Below, one piece after another: positions 1-13,600 of a stretch of 64,000 nucleotides of DNA. The notes below the pieces were generated by a model. The model made no database searches, had not been told where the DNA came from, and saw only the letters and a list, made by a program, of their open reading frames with translations. Both the position numbers and the translations under genes were made by a program. Location: assembly GCA_036630325.1 (NCBI GenBank), contig CP142735.1, positions 620,001-684,000 on the forward strand, read 5' to 3'. Source of the DNA: Vairimorpha necatrix (Eukaryota). Positions within the stretch are counted from its first letter, which is position 1, and each line of letters starts with the position of its first letter.

Positions 1-166
1 GACGCACATAAGTTTCTGTGGATTAACATGGTGATTATCGTGGGCATATTCATCATCTAAGTTGTTCAGACTGCATCATAGAAAGAAACTTTTTTTATGC
101 ACCTAAGATTTAAATCAGCAATACCCAATCGTGAGCTCTGCCTTCGGCCACTGAGCCGAAAGCACC
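1..166 (-). mobile_element. 5' part of tRNA-headed SINE-like element (copy 3, runs off the window)
   Basis: The reverse complement begins GGTGCTTTCGGCTCAGTGG (tRNA-like A-box). It continues TTTCTATGATGCAGTCTGAACAACTTAGATGATGAATATGCCCACGATAATC, matching 15195-15256 of the full copy. Confidence 0.75.
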
Positions 167-533
167 TTATATCTATAAGGCAGTGGTTGATCATCATGGA
201 TACTACATAGTGTAATTTTGTTTTAGCCACTAGGCATTTATCATTTCTTATATGTATATAAAATCTTAATAAATTTAATATCTCTTCGTTACATTTGAAT
301 ATTTGGTCTATCAACGTAAAAAAAAATAGTGAAAATAATATATAAAGACAATATCGATAACATTTTTTAAAATCGATACGAATAGATTGGCATGCTAAAT
401 TGGTCATCATTGTAAAATAATCACAACCAATATGACACAATTTTTTTTGAAATAACAAAACTATTAAACAAATACTAATGATATGAATTATAAATAATTT
501 AACATTATAAATCGCTAATGAAAAAAAGTTCTT

Positions 534-2416
534 TTATTTCGATAGTTTAAATCTCATGTTTGGTACTCTGAATCTTTTATAAAGTAAAATTACAAAACCT
601 CCTAAACTTAAACAAGATACAAACATAGCGAAAATAATGATGGAGTCGGAATATTTTCCAAAATCTTTATAAATAATTGTTTTTTGTGCACCTTCTTCGT
701 AAGAAATTTGAATAATTTTTCGAAAGAATGTTTTTTCTAAATATGTTGATATTTTTGTATTATTTTTGAATTTTTCTGTTAAACCAAAACATCTCATTTC
801 TAAAAAAACTCTCAAATTGTATGTTGGAATAAACATTGAGAAATATCGAAATAGACTAATATTGTTTGATTTAAATGAATCGTAAGTAAAATTTATAAAG
901 ATTAGATTACAAGTAAAAATGTATACGCTACAAAAAAATACATTGTATTCAAATATTAAGGACACGAATGTATATATAATAGTGTTTATGATAGTAAAAA
1001 TGCCGATAGACAATAATATAAGAGGCTGAAACATAATATTGTTGTAAAATAACAGACAAAAACTAAACTTGATAAAAAAAATATAAAATTTTTTACAAGA
1101 GAACAAAAAAATACAGCAATGAAATATGTACCAAAAGTATAACGACCGTCTAAATATTCAAATGAAAAATAAAAATTTTCTGAAGGTAAATTAGTTAATG
1201 ATTGAAGCATCCATGTAAAGGGAGTAAAAAAGAATATTTGATTGACAATAGCAAAACCAATACTTAAAATATTATTATATGAGCAAAATTTCAGTTCTTC
1301 ATATAATTTTTTACCCACAAGTGATCTAGATCCAATATAATCAATTATTGGATCGAAAAAAAGGGTAAAAATATATAACACAAAAATAAAAACATTTTTT
1401 ACAGACCCAAACTCGAATTTTCTAGATGTTTTTATTTTAAGCTTTATAATTTTCCATATATCAAGATAATTATGACAAAAATTTAATTTTTTGTAATTAT
1501 TACATGCTATAGTTGGATAATTAGCATTATTTATCTTGTTTTTCTCGACTATATTTTTGCAATGTTGTCTATACTTTTTAGGTAATGGTATGATAGAATG
1601 CGCAGATGATAAAACTAATAATAAATCCGACAGTGTTAAGGGTGTTTTTGTCTGGATACCGTTGTCTATCAAAAAAGATTCTACTCGACTATACGGCCCA
1701 ATATAAAAAACCCCTCTTATTACCAATACTATTAAATCATCAAAATACATAAATAATTCAGGAGCTGGATAATGTAATGTACATATCACCATACAATTAT
1801 TTTCCTGGGCATAATTTTTTAGTATACAAACAATATCTAATGCCATATATAAATCTAAGCCTGTTGTAGGCTCGTCTAAAAATAATATTTCTGGGTTATT
1901 GATCATAGAAATAGCAATTAATGCCTTTTTACATTCAAATTCAGATAGATCTTTCATCGAGCTGTGTTTTTTATGCAACATTCCACATCTTGTTAGTATT
2001 TCGTCAATATTTTCTTCATCCAATTTATAGCTTTGAACGTCTCCATGTAATACATAATATATCATATGTTCATAAATAGACAGCTGAGGATAAAATAAAT
2101 CATCTTGTGGAACATATGAAAATTTAAATCTCCAATATTCGGGGTCTCTTTCTTTTCCATTGTACAATATTTTACCAAATGTTTTATCATTTTTATTAAT
2201 ATCTCCAATAAGCATTCGTAAAAAATGTGTTTTACCACTTCCATTAGAGCCAAGTACAGCTGTGAGTTTCCCTGACTCTATTTTTCCAGATAAAGACCTA
2301 ATGATTTTTGTGTATCTGACATTTACAAATGAATCTACATATGACTCATCAAAACAAAGATTCTCAAATTCTAAGCTCTTAACGTCCTTTTCCATTGATG
2401 ACGATATATCGTACAT
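534..2416 (-). pseudogene. ABCG-family half transporter (NBD-TMD), divergent paralogue, frameshifted at an A8 run (1074-1081); may be intact if this is a sequencing error
   Basis: ORF 986-2416 has Walker A GSNGSGKT, YVPQDD, Walker B ILFLDEP and a degenerate signature LSEFE. ORF 534-1106 carries the family C-terminus RVPNMRFKLSK. One extra A restores FIFFFIKF. Confidence 0.85.
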
Positions 2417-3004
2417 TTTAATAACTAATAAGGAGTATATAAACCAATCAATTTATTCAATAAAATTGACGGCCGAGAAAAAAAAAACGAATTTTTACAC
2501 ATGTAAGTATTCATAATATCAATGCAAAATATTTTTGACATTTTAAATAAAATTACTCCTTTTAATCTTAAAATATTTAACCGAATACAAACTTTATTAA
2601 TAAATATATGGTTTGTGATATCAATCTTCTAACAACAGCATCTAACATACCAAATAATAATTTTAATTATAAATAAACCCTGTAGTTAAAACATTTAAAA
2701 TATTGTAGTAAAACAGCCTTGATGCAATAAATTAATTACAAAATCGCTAAAAAACAAGAATTATGTACATTTTTTTTAAATAAAATAAAGACAACATATA
2801 TGGAACCTCTTACATCATACTGTTTTTTATCGCATGCTGAGAATACACGATCTAATTTAAATTTCATAGGAATCCAAAAAATTATCTTTTTCTATGATGC
2901 TCTTCTAAAAAAAAAATTTCGTTACATGTTTACACGGGGTTACTTATGTATCAAATAATGAATTACACTGAAATTTTGTTTTTTTTCTGTCCAAAACAAC
3001 AGTT

Positions 3005-6000
3005 AAAAATAAATAATTTATTGAATTAATTTTCTTATTGATTTTAGGTATTTATAACACAATTTGTACCGGCGTCGCCTATTTATCAGCTCTACAAAAT
3101 TATTATTCTCTAAAATAATTTTTTTTTAACTCCAAACTTAAAGCTAAACTCATAAAAAAACACAACTTCTTTATCAGTCGCCATAATTTCTAGTACGCTT
3201 AAGCTCTAGCCCATTCTTCATCTCCTGCATCCTCCTGATCGTATTCTCGTCGTCGTTCCAAAAAATGGAGTCTAAAGTCTTCATCAGCACAATAGACTAG
3301 ATGTGCTTCAAGTTGGTATTGGATTTCCAGCTTCCAAAAGTACTTTCTGTGAAATAAGATCACCACTCCATCCTAAATCATTACATAAGGAATTATTATT
3401 GCGCAGGATTTATTTATTAGTCGAATTTCATTAGCAAGAAATTTTCTTAGATTTCAATCTCGACTATAATTTGTCGAAGCTGGTTGGTTATACCAACTTC
3501 AACAATTAAAATGTCTTTCTTCTTGTTGTCAAACACAATAATATCATGCTTATTATATATCCCCTTTATATTAGTGAAATATTCTCGTATCTACTCTTAT
3601 TCCTCACGATGATTTTCCATGTTCTTGTACTGAGTGTCCACGTATTTTCTTGCTCTTCTTAAACCTATATTTACTACATAGTAAGAGATGAATGCATCTA
3701 ACTACCTCGTTGTGTCTTTCATATAATCAAAACATAACACCCAACCTTACTTAGTAGCGAATAAACCACGGTCTTCCTATGAGATCCACAATGAGGACAT
3801 TGACCCTTTTGTCACCTGAAAATATTTCTATTTAGTAGGAAGAAGTAAATTGCTTTATTTCTAGCCTACGTGTTTCTTTTGACCAGCCAGGTATAAATCG
3901 ATAGTGATTTTAAATTACTCTCCTTAGCTTTAAACAACTTACCACGGTCTTTCCTAATGTTAATTTTAGTGTAGAGCCCCTTTTCTGGAATTCTATTAGA
4001 ATCTTCTAGTTACCTCTCCTACAAAGCTATACCTAATCCTTTGATACACGTTGATTGTAAGCAAGTGGGATTTACTCTTCGCTTCTACTTAAAGTGTCGC
4101 TGCACGTCTTAGTGGGTTATTTCTAAACAAATCTAATGTTTTAATATATATATATATATATATATATACATTTAGAAGCATACTTCCGCTTCTATCTTTG
4201 ATAATTATTGGTCCTCTTCACATTTCGAATAAGAATAGGTATAGTCTTTCCTTCGAGGCTGGCTGTAGATAGACCTGGACATAATAAGTATCTGTCGGAT
4301 ATCAAAATCGAGACATTTGAAATCTATAGGTTCTAATCTTAATAATCCTACATGATAGTTTATTACTGATATTGCATGCTCGTTTATAGCTCGAATCATA
4401 TTCTTACTATTTAATTGAGTCTTGCACAGTTTTTCAACCCTCTGTAGGATCTCATTTCTTACTTTTTAAAAGTCTCTCTTTTGACAGTACTTGAGATATC
4501 CTCTGTTAAATTGTTGTATTTGTATTCTTGATGCTTTCTAATACTACAGCATTTTCACTAAAATCACTACAGTTAGTTGAAAGTTTACTCCTTTCATTTC
4601 TAAACCTACAGCAAAGAAACTCTTTTTAGTTTCCTCTTTCATCAGTTTTAAAACGTCATCGTTCTCTGCGAGATGCTTAATATCATCAATAAATAGATGA
4701 TGGTTTGTTACATAAAACTTTTAATGAGTCTGTCTTCCTACTATTAGGTAGGTCGAATTCATTTTGCTCAATGGATGCGTACATAGTATAAACAAAGACG
4801 ACGACATACATCCCCTTGTAATATCTTTCAATCTCTTATTCAATATCGTTTCCATTCGCGATTTATTCTCAATGTGCGACCTTCTCACTGTGGCTTGTAA
4901 GAATTTACTTACCCAATAAAGAGATTTAACTTACTAATTCACGTTAATGTTTACAATTATCTACAGAACTGTAGGCTTTCTTTACATCTGACCAAAGTGA
5001 CTTCAGCTTATTTCCACGCTCCTTTTGGCAGATATTAATCATAGCTTGTTCTTTTGCTCCTTGGACGTGTCTAACTGTCCCTAATTGATTCTCCGCCAGT
5101 AGCCCTCTACTTTCTACAATTAGCTGCATTACTTTCGTAGTGCATTTCGTTGTAAGCTTGTAGAGGTTCGACATACAGGTAATAGGCCCGAAGTCGTTAC
5201 ACTAGTGGGGGTACCTTTGGGTATTAAATAAGTAATCCCCTTGTAGAACCAAGCTTCGGGTTCTTCTTCATCCACGCAAACTTCCTCAACAATCTTGCAA
5301 AGGAATGGATGTAAAGCTTCACAATTCTTAATAAAGAAATTGAAGATTCCATCACAGCCTGCAGCCTTCCAATTTGGTAAATATTTAATAATATCTACAA
5401 ATTCTTGCAAGGTTGGGAAAGTGATCTGATCTTGGCTACCAGGAATGTATTCTAGAAGATATTCCTCGAAACTATTGCAGTCTTCGGAATGCTCTTTCTT
5501 ATTCCACATGGTAGACCAGAATGAACTAATATCTTCTTTGCTTACATTATGAGTAACCTCATTAGCACACTTGAGTTTTTTATAGAAATTGCTTCTAATT
5601 AGCTCAAAGTTTTGATTTTCACGCCTATACTCACTGCGTCGGTCTGCGGCCTCTAGCTTCCTTGAGTATATGGCAATCCTCCCGTTAAGTATAGCAATAG
5701 CTTCAGAAGTATCTCGGTGTAAACATGCGGGCATGTTGAGTTCACGCATTACCTTCTTGACTTCACGCTTTTCCTCATTTGAGAGTTTATCAAAAATCTT
5801 GGCTTTTTTGATAAGCATTACCTTGTCTTCGATCTCAGTAATCTTTTTCAAGATACTTTCTTTCCGAGACGAAGGTACAGGCTTCTTACTGGCCATTTCC
5901 TGAGAGCAAATCTGTGTAGCTTGAAGTATTTTTGCCATCTCTGTCATGTTATGAGGGGGTGGTATCTAACATGACTATCTTATCTACCGCCTTGACTGTA

Positions 6001-6565
6001 GCATCAAGTTTCAACAGATCAACCTTCGCGGAAGAAATCTTCCTTGTTCTTTCTACCTGGTCCACACATGTGTTCTGAATACAACTAAGTTTCTCCAAAA
6101 CAATTTTTGTGCTTTCAAAAAGGGCTCGGTTTCGAAGAGACTATTCCCTTCTTTCGAGCCAGCTTCAACTTTTCTTCTTTTGGTAGGACACTAAGAATTC
6201 CCGGGCCGTCATTTGTCTACCACTATATCTTGTGAGCGCTTTCTTCGCTTTGCACTTGAATTCTAGTGAGCTCATCTAGACCCAAATTTTTCACAGAAGA
6301 ACTCGGTAGCTTTATTCCACCCTCCTCTTGGCATTCTACCAAATCTATTTAAAATTGATAGAAATACTCTTTGAGGCCACTCTTCTTCACTCGCATCGGT
6401 ACTCACAAGTACTGCTGCAAGAGTGTCAGAAGTGGATTGAGTGGGCACACTAGTGAGTTCTAGCCCCTGCTCTTTGTCTCTTGTGTCTAATTTGTCCCCG
6501 TTTGCTTCAGAGGTTTGTTTTACATTTTTGTTGGGGTTTTCCTCCTGCTCTATCTTTACCCTCAT
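3005..6565 (-). mobile_element. Decayed near-full-length non-LTR retrotransposon with RT and C-terminal restriction-like endonuclease (R4/Dong/NeSL-like)
   Basis: ORF pieces show LPNWKAAGCDGIFNFF, GITYLIPKG, ENQLG, DVKKAY and a FIDDIK-type YxDD box (~4680-4695). RHNEV-like zinc knuckle and endonuclease remnants lie at 3400-3800. Many stops and frameshifts; the ends are approximate. Confidence 0.85.
4144..4168. repeat. (TA)n microsatellite inside the LINE
   Basis: Pure TA run seen directly. Confidence 0.9.
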
Positions 6566-6692
6566 TTTAATATCGTTAATTAATATAAAATAAAAATATC
6601 TAAATTAGTTGTAAGCCATTTTTATGATGATATTTTTTTTTGCTTTTCTATTGGTAGGATTAAAATTTTTTTTAAAGGAGGTATAAATCTTT

Positions 6693-6881
6693 AAATGTCA
6701 ATTTTTTAAACGCCTGTCAACAGTTTTGGCGTTGATTTTTATAAAAATAAAAATTTGACATGTCAAAAAAAATTTAACTTAAATTTGCTTATTTACCGTA
6801 ATTTTTAAAGCAAAAAGAAATTATACAATTTAGCTATAACTCCTTTTTTAATATAAATGAAAAACTTTAATCTGCCCCAAA
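6693..6881 (+). promoter_or_regulatory. Conserved upstream region of ABCG genes (TGTCA/TGACA motifs, palindrome TTTGACATGTCAAA, CCCC before ATG)
   Basis: A near-identical block lies upstream of the 53455-55305 gene (~55306-55500, reverse). Related motifs occur at 25930-26114. Confidence 0.6.
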
Positions 6882-8749
6882 ATGGAAAAAGAAACCAAAA
6901 CACTAGAATTTGAAAATCTTTATTACGACGTGCCAAATGTCGATCCAAATATACATGGTCCATACGCTGAGATTTTAAAATCCTTATCTGGGAAAATTGA
7001 GTCTGGGAAACTTACAGCCGTACTTGGCTCTAGTGGATGCGGTAAAACTCATTTTCTTAGAATGCTTGTTGGAGATATTAGTGGAAAATCAAAGACATTT
7101 GGTAGAATATTATATAATGGGGAAGAAAGAGATCCAGAAGGATGGAAAATGAAGTTTTCATATGTTCCCCAGGATGATATATTTTATCCTTACTTGACGA
7201 TTTATGATCATTTGAAATATTATATGTCACTTGGTGAAGCAAAATATCGGGAATTTGACGAACGTAAAGCCGACAAAATACTTGATGGATGCGCGATATT
7301 GCATAAAAAACATAGTCTCATTGGTGCACTCTCAGGAGGTGAACGCAAGCGAGCTTTGGTCGCAATATCTATGATTAATGATCCAGAAATTTTGATTTTA
7401 GATGAACCTACAACAGGCTTAGATTCAAATACAGCATTAGAAATCATTTACACTTTAAAAAATATGCACAAGATTATAATTGTATGGTTATATCTACAAT
7501 TCATCAACCTGGTGCTGGTCTTTTCAGCTACTTTGATGATTTAATTGTATTAGTTAAATTAGGAGTATTTTATATTGGACCATATAAACAATTAGAATCT
7601 TTTTTGGTTGAAAATGGGATCTCTACAGAATCAGAGTTATCGTTGCCAGAATTATTGTTCGTTATTATATCTGATCACTCCATTCTTTTCGAAGCCGAAA
7701 AATATAAACCGAATGTTAAGAGAATAATTGAAAAAAATAAGCAATCATGTAGAAATGAAAATACTGCTGAAATATGCAATAACTACAAGACTCTCACTTT
7801 TAAACCTAAATTATATGATAGTTGGAATGTGATGAAACATTCATTCTATACTACCTATAACATACACAAATCAGGTATTGATCAAGTTAAAAAGGTTTTT
7901 GGATCAATCATAGTACTTTTATTAGAGCCATTTGTGCATTTATTTTTATCTCTTCGATTCAATCATTTAGACATTTATGGCGAACTGAAACAATGTTCCT
8001 ATGATCAAATATTCAGTTTTAGTTTTGTTGTAGTTAACGATCTATATATGTTTTCTTTCCTTATTTGGTTTTTTAAGTCTTGCACAAGTCAATGGGAGTA
8101 TAACGAATATTTCAATTTTACTTTCGAATATTTAAATGGCAAATACTCATATGGTACGTATTTTATGGGGATGTTCTATTATTGTCTGGTTGAAAATTTT
8201 ATGTTCTTCTTTGTTAAGTTCTGTTTTTTTCTTTTATTTTATAGAAATTTTTTGTTCCATCCGCTGGTGTTTTTAGTTTTCACTATTTCTACAATTATTA
8301 ATATTTTTTTATACACTTGTATGTCTATTATTAATAACCATAATCCTGTTTTTTTCCTTCTTAATTTATTGTTACTACGATCACCTCAAGTATTTCTCGA
8401 TGCAATTTTCAAGCTAAATTATGATAACAAACTTTTTTATATATTATCAAGCATCCCAATATATAATTTTAGACTCTTTTTAAGGATGAGATGTTTTGGA
8501 CTAGCAGAAAAATTTCATAACAAGACTGCGATTCTTAAATTTCTGAAAAAAACATGCGTTAAAAAAATTATCTATTGCTCATATGAAGAAGGATTAGAAA
8601 ATACAATTATTTACAACACATTCGGTAAATGGGCAGATTTTATAACAGTATTTACTATGTTTGGATCTTGTTTATTATTAACTATTATTGTGACATTACT
8701 TTACAAAATCAACAGGATTCCTAACATGAGATTCAAATTATCAAAATAA
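6882..8749 (+). pseudogene. ABCG half transporter with a -1 nt frameshift at an A6 run (7457-7462; A7 in paralogues)
   Basis: Motifs GSSGCGKT, LSGGERKR, ILILDEP, then STIHQP in the next frame, followed by the TMD and the RIPNMRFKLSK end. Confidence 0.9.
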
Positions 8750-10610
8750 TTAATGTATTTTAAATTTTTTTTTTCCAATATTATTTATCTGGTTATAATA
8801 CATCACACTTTAAATCGACTCAGTCGTTTAAATGTTTAAGCTCTATACAACAATACAAGAAGGAGAACAAGATATAGTCATACTTATTTTCACTTTTATA
8901 CTTATTTATAAATCAATATACATAAATGTTTCAGATACTTATTTAAAAAAATATTAGGATTATCCAATAGATTACTATGAAAAATCCATGGAGTTTTTAA
9001 TGAAAGTCATTAGAAAGTTTAATTGACTACTAATAATGCGATAGAGGAGAATACCGGGACAGAAAACTTGTTACCATGTAATAAAATTTGGTAATATTCG
9101 ACTTTTGACATCGAAACTAAAGAATACAACTATACAAATTAACTTTTGTATGGTTTGCATTGATTTATCTTTTAATTTAGTTAGTATAATGATTTAATGT
9201 TGTTTCGTTTAAAAAATAAACACCTCTAATGCGATAAAAAGTGCATCATCATATAAAAGAGCCGGATTTATTGTTATGCAAGATAAATACGTTATAACGA
9301 CGATAAAAGGTTATGATATTTATATCAAAAAATTAAATATAATTTTTTTAAACATAAAAAACAATTATTTATTGTCATTTAACAATTTTACAGAATCCCG
9401 TTTTGCTGCACTTTCTACATATACATTCTTATTGTCAAAAAAATCTTTATTTGTTCTATTAATATTAAATTATACTTTTGATACTTTTTTGTATATTTTT
9501 GTTATTTTTCATGTTTTATAACATAACAATTGGTTAATGCAAAATTTCTTATATTACAGATCTAATCATTAAAAAAACAGAAACAAACTAATATATAATT
9601 GGAAATATCTACTAAGATTCGCACAGTTTATAATAAAATAGGTGTTTTATTTGTTAATGTAATGTAATTTTTTATATTTGGTTTTTTTAGTATAGTATAA
9701 TTAATAAATGAAATTAATTGTGTTTTTGATAATCTATTATTTTATTAAAACACTAGCGTATTTATTCTTGTTCTAGAAACGGGATTAATTTATTTTTTTA
9801 TGGCATTTACTTCCCCTATATTTTTTTTAATTTCCATTTTTGGTTTGAATAAGAAAAGGATGTTGTATGTATTGAAAAACAATTATTATGAACGTTTAAT
9901 GAGTAAAATGAAGTTAAAAACACTTAAAAATCTCAATAAATTAATTTGAGAACTTTTAAAGCTTCATTTTTGCTACTTACATTCAAAATCATTATTGATT
10001 AAATGTTTCTGGAATTCTCGTGGAATATTAATAAATTCTAAAAAACGATTCTGACGATATTTTGATACTAAGTTTTTCAAAAAATTATTCCAACAACTAA
10101 GTACTAACATTTATTATCCGTCTTCACAATGTTCAGTTATAAGCATTGAATCTAAAGATGTTATCTTAAAACACAATAAGCCCAAAATATATAGTGTAGA
10201 ATTTTCAAAATTTAAAAAGGGTTAAAAAATTAAATAAAATTCTTTTATATTTATGAATGAATATGTTAATGACTAATATAGGGGAATACAAATAGTTGTG
10301 AAATCAAGTGATGACAGTGGGCAAGAGGCCGAAAAAGCATTGAGAACAAAAATTTCGATGTATGCATTAAATATAAATATGATTCGGAAGGAGCTGTGTA
10401 ATAAAGAAATTTTTGGGAGATATACCAAGGCTAAAAAATTTTATGAACTCTACTATAAGTAAGAAAGAAAAGAATTATTAAAAAATATAACTACAAAATT
10501 AAGATTGAAGAAATAAAACGAGAAAAAATCTAAGGACCTACGAAAATTAGAAGAAAAATAAATATCTTTAATGAGACAACGACGAATAAAAGAGGATAAT
10601 AAGGAGCTGT
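8750..10610 (+). repeat. Segmental duplication: 3' flank shared with the 26115 ABCG copy (27978-29322)
   Basis: Collinear matches include ATGCAAGATAAATACGTTATAACG (9276/28489) and ATGTTAATGACTAATATAG (10263/28972). About 9753-10262 is absent from the second copy. Confidence 0.8.
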
Positions 10611-10615
10611 TTTTT

Positions 10616-13600
10616 TGTGGAAAGTGCTGCACATGTCAAATATATCGTGTCGTTGTTTTGATATATTTGACATCGTGTTTCATTAAATATATTATAATAA
10701 ATAAACCGATATTTTCATTCCAATAATTTGGCGAGAACGACAAGAAATTCCTGATATTTAGAAATGAAGAAAAGGACGATTCACAGCAGTTTTTGGAGGA
10801 CATGCTGGAGGTGTGAGGTTGCAGGAGTACAGAGAGGGCAAGCTGACGCATTTATTTAAAATGTCTAAAAAAAAGAAGCGAGAGACTGGATGACTCGCTG
10901 CCAATTAGTTTGGACTTGATAAGCTAATTACAATATTTAAAGAAAGATTTTTTTGGTAGAATGCAGTTGAAAATATGTATTGATAAACATAATTCGTTGA
11001 GATACCAGGAGGCTCGATTTAAATTATCTGGATAAGATGGCAGGACTAGAACGAAAAGATATGTTTCTGAGTTTATATTAATTGCCTACGCGTTAAAGGG
11101 TCTACCTAATGATTTGGCAAATATTGATCTAGTAAATAATAATGATTTGTTATCGTAGCGTACATTTACAGAGCTTTGAGTAACGTGAAGTTCGATAATT
11201 ATCAAAGATATACAGAAGTAGAGCGAGGAGAGCTTATGTAGGAAGGTAAACGCTAGCAAAGGAAAAGTCAGGCAAAAAATAATGAGAAAGCTGGAAATAT
11301 GGAAAATCTAGGTGTTTAATTTGTGAGAAAAGAGGCCATATAATCGCACAACAAATTTAATAGCTTTTGTAAGAGTGTATAAGTTGTAGAAAAGGTCATT
11401 GAGAATGAGTAAGAATATGAGGAAAATGATTCCACTAAATCATTTTTACTATTCCGTGTCGAAGTTTAATGACATTAGAACAACGCTTAAAGCTGCGTCA
11501 TTAAGCAATTCAAAAGAAAAAAGTCAAAGTCTTTATCGACACAGAAGCAAACTTAAATCTCTTTGGTCCGAGCCTTTTCCAATTAAACCGTTGTTAATGT
11601 TTTGAAACAACAGCTCAGGGCGGGCAATAGATCGAAAATAAGGATCATCGAGAAACAGTAATCAATATAAATTGAAGGGATGACATTTAAAGATAAATTT
11701 ATTATTAACAGAGATATTACGGTTTTGTGCATTATAGAGCAAGGGTTACTCGACAAATATAAGATAAATTTATAATTTGGAAATTACAAAATTGAAATTG
11801 AATCTGGACGTTTAGCAAAAAGGAAAGGCATAGGGTATCACAAAAATATTACGAAGAATGACAACCCAATACTATCTCAGTTGTACAAATTAGGGGAGCA
11901 AGAGAAGAGATTGCGTCCCAACGAGTGAAAGAGTATTTAAAAAATGGAATAGCTAGACCCAGTATGGGAGACGGAAAAGCCTGATAAATATAGTCCTAAA
12001 AAAGAATTGGGATCATAGATTATGCGTTAATTATCGAAAAAAAATGATGCAACCATCAGAGACTCGTATCCAATGCCCCGAGTAGAAGAGTTCATCAAAG
12101 CATTTATAGGAGCAACTTATTACACCAAATTAGATGCGGGCGAGCTACCACCAAATAGATATTGCACCTTGTAAAATTGAGAAGGCAGCCTTCGACTTTA
12201 GAGAAGGTTTATTTGAATTTAAAAAGATGCCATTTGACTTTTTAATGGTCCAGCTACATTTCTGCGGGCGATGAATAACATATTGATGGAATTTTTGTTT
12301 GAGTTTGTGGTGGTTTGTATGGATGATATACTAATTTATAGTAAAACTGAAGAAGATCATATGAGAGATGGTTAAATGGCATTGGAAAAGCTCAAATCGG
12401 TAGGACTGAAACTCAATAAGAAGAAATGCGAATATAATAAGACCGACTTAAAAATTTTAGGTCGGAAATATCAAAGGAAGAAACAGGGGTTACGAAGAAC
12501 TAGTGAGAAGTATTTAACAGCTAGCAATGACTAAAAATAAGAAAAAGCTGCAATCATTGTTGTGATTGTATAATTATTATGCAAAATATATAAAAAACAG
12601 ACAGGAGGGTTAGCCCACTATTGATATAATCAGGCTCAAGGATGAGGAAGCAGATTGTTTTTGGAAAAGTGTGCAACATAAAGCTATATATCGTAAGGAT
12701 ATTTAAGAGGTAAAACAGGCCATGAAGAGAATGCCTTATTGACTATCCCAAATTTGAAGGATAATTCATTTCGACTACAGATGCATCAAACGAGGGATGT
12801 AGTGCCACATTGGCACAAATAATTGGAGGAAAAGAAAGATTGTTTCTCATTACAGCTCTTTACACTCGAAGACAGAAAGAATTGCTTCGTGACGGAACAA
12901 GAACTATTGGCGGTTATAAAATCCATTCAACATTTCAGAGAATATTTATTGTTAGGTAAGTTTACATTAAAAACTGATCATCAAGCTCTAAAATATCTGT
13001 TCAAGTCCAGAAATGTTAAAGCAGGGGTGGCTAGATGGTCATTGAATTTACTGGAATATGACTTCGATATTGAATATATAACAGGACCATCAAACCATAC
13101 AAATCTCCTAAGCAGAGAATTTATAAAGAAAGAAGAGAAGGTTTATCAAATAAATTTAGCACAAAAGAAAATTATTAAAAAAAGAGAGAACATTTGCATT
13201 GCTGTTGTTTATCATGATTTATTAGGTCACGGATCAAAACAGAACATGAAGTATAATATCGGACAAAAATACTCATAAAAGCATATATATAAAGACATAT
13301 AAGATTATATTGACTTTTGTGAAGTTTGTCAAAGGAAAAATCCTCAGAAAAAATTTAAAGACATTGTATCAGTGTTAGCAATTAAATAGGAGAAAATCTG
13401 CGAGTTAGACATGGTAGGCCCTCTGAAAGAGAGTGAGCAAGGATACAAGTATTTATTAACAATGATAGACTATTTCTCAAAAACTGCAGAGGTAGTGCCG
13501 ATTTATACAAAGGATATGAATACGGTTGTTTATTTGATCGAGTAACATATAGTCAGTAAACATGGAGTTCAAAAAGCCTACTAACTGATAATGGGAAAGA

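Noticed and set aside
66-458. 130-aa ORF and other short antisense ORFs in the track
   Set aside because: They overlap SINE, TE or ABCG sequence on the opposite strand or frame and have no recognisable motifs.
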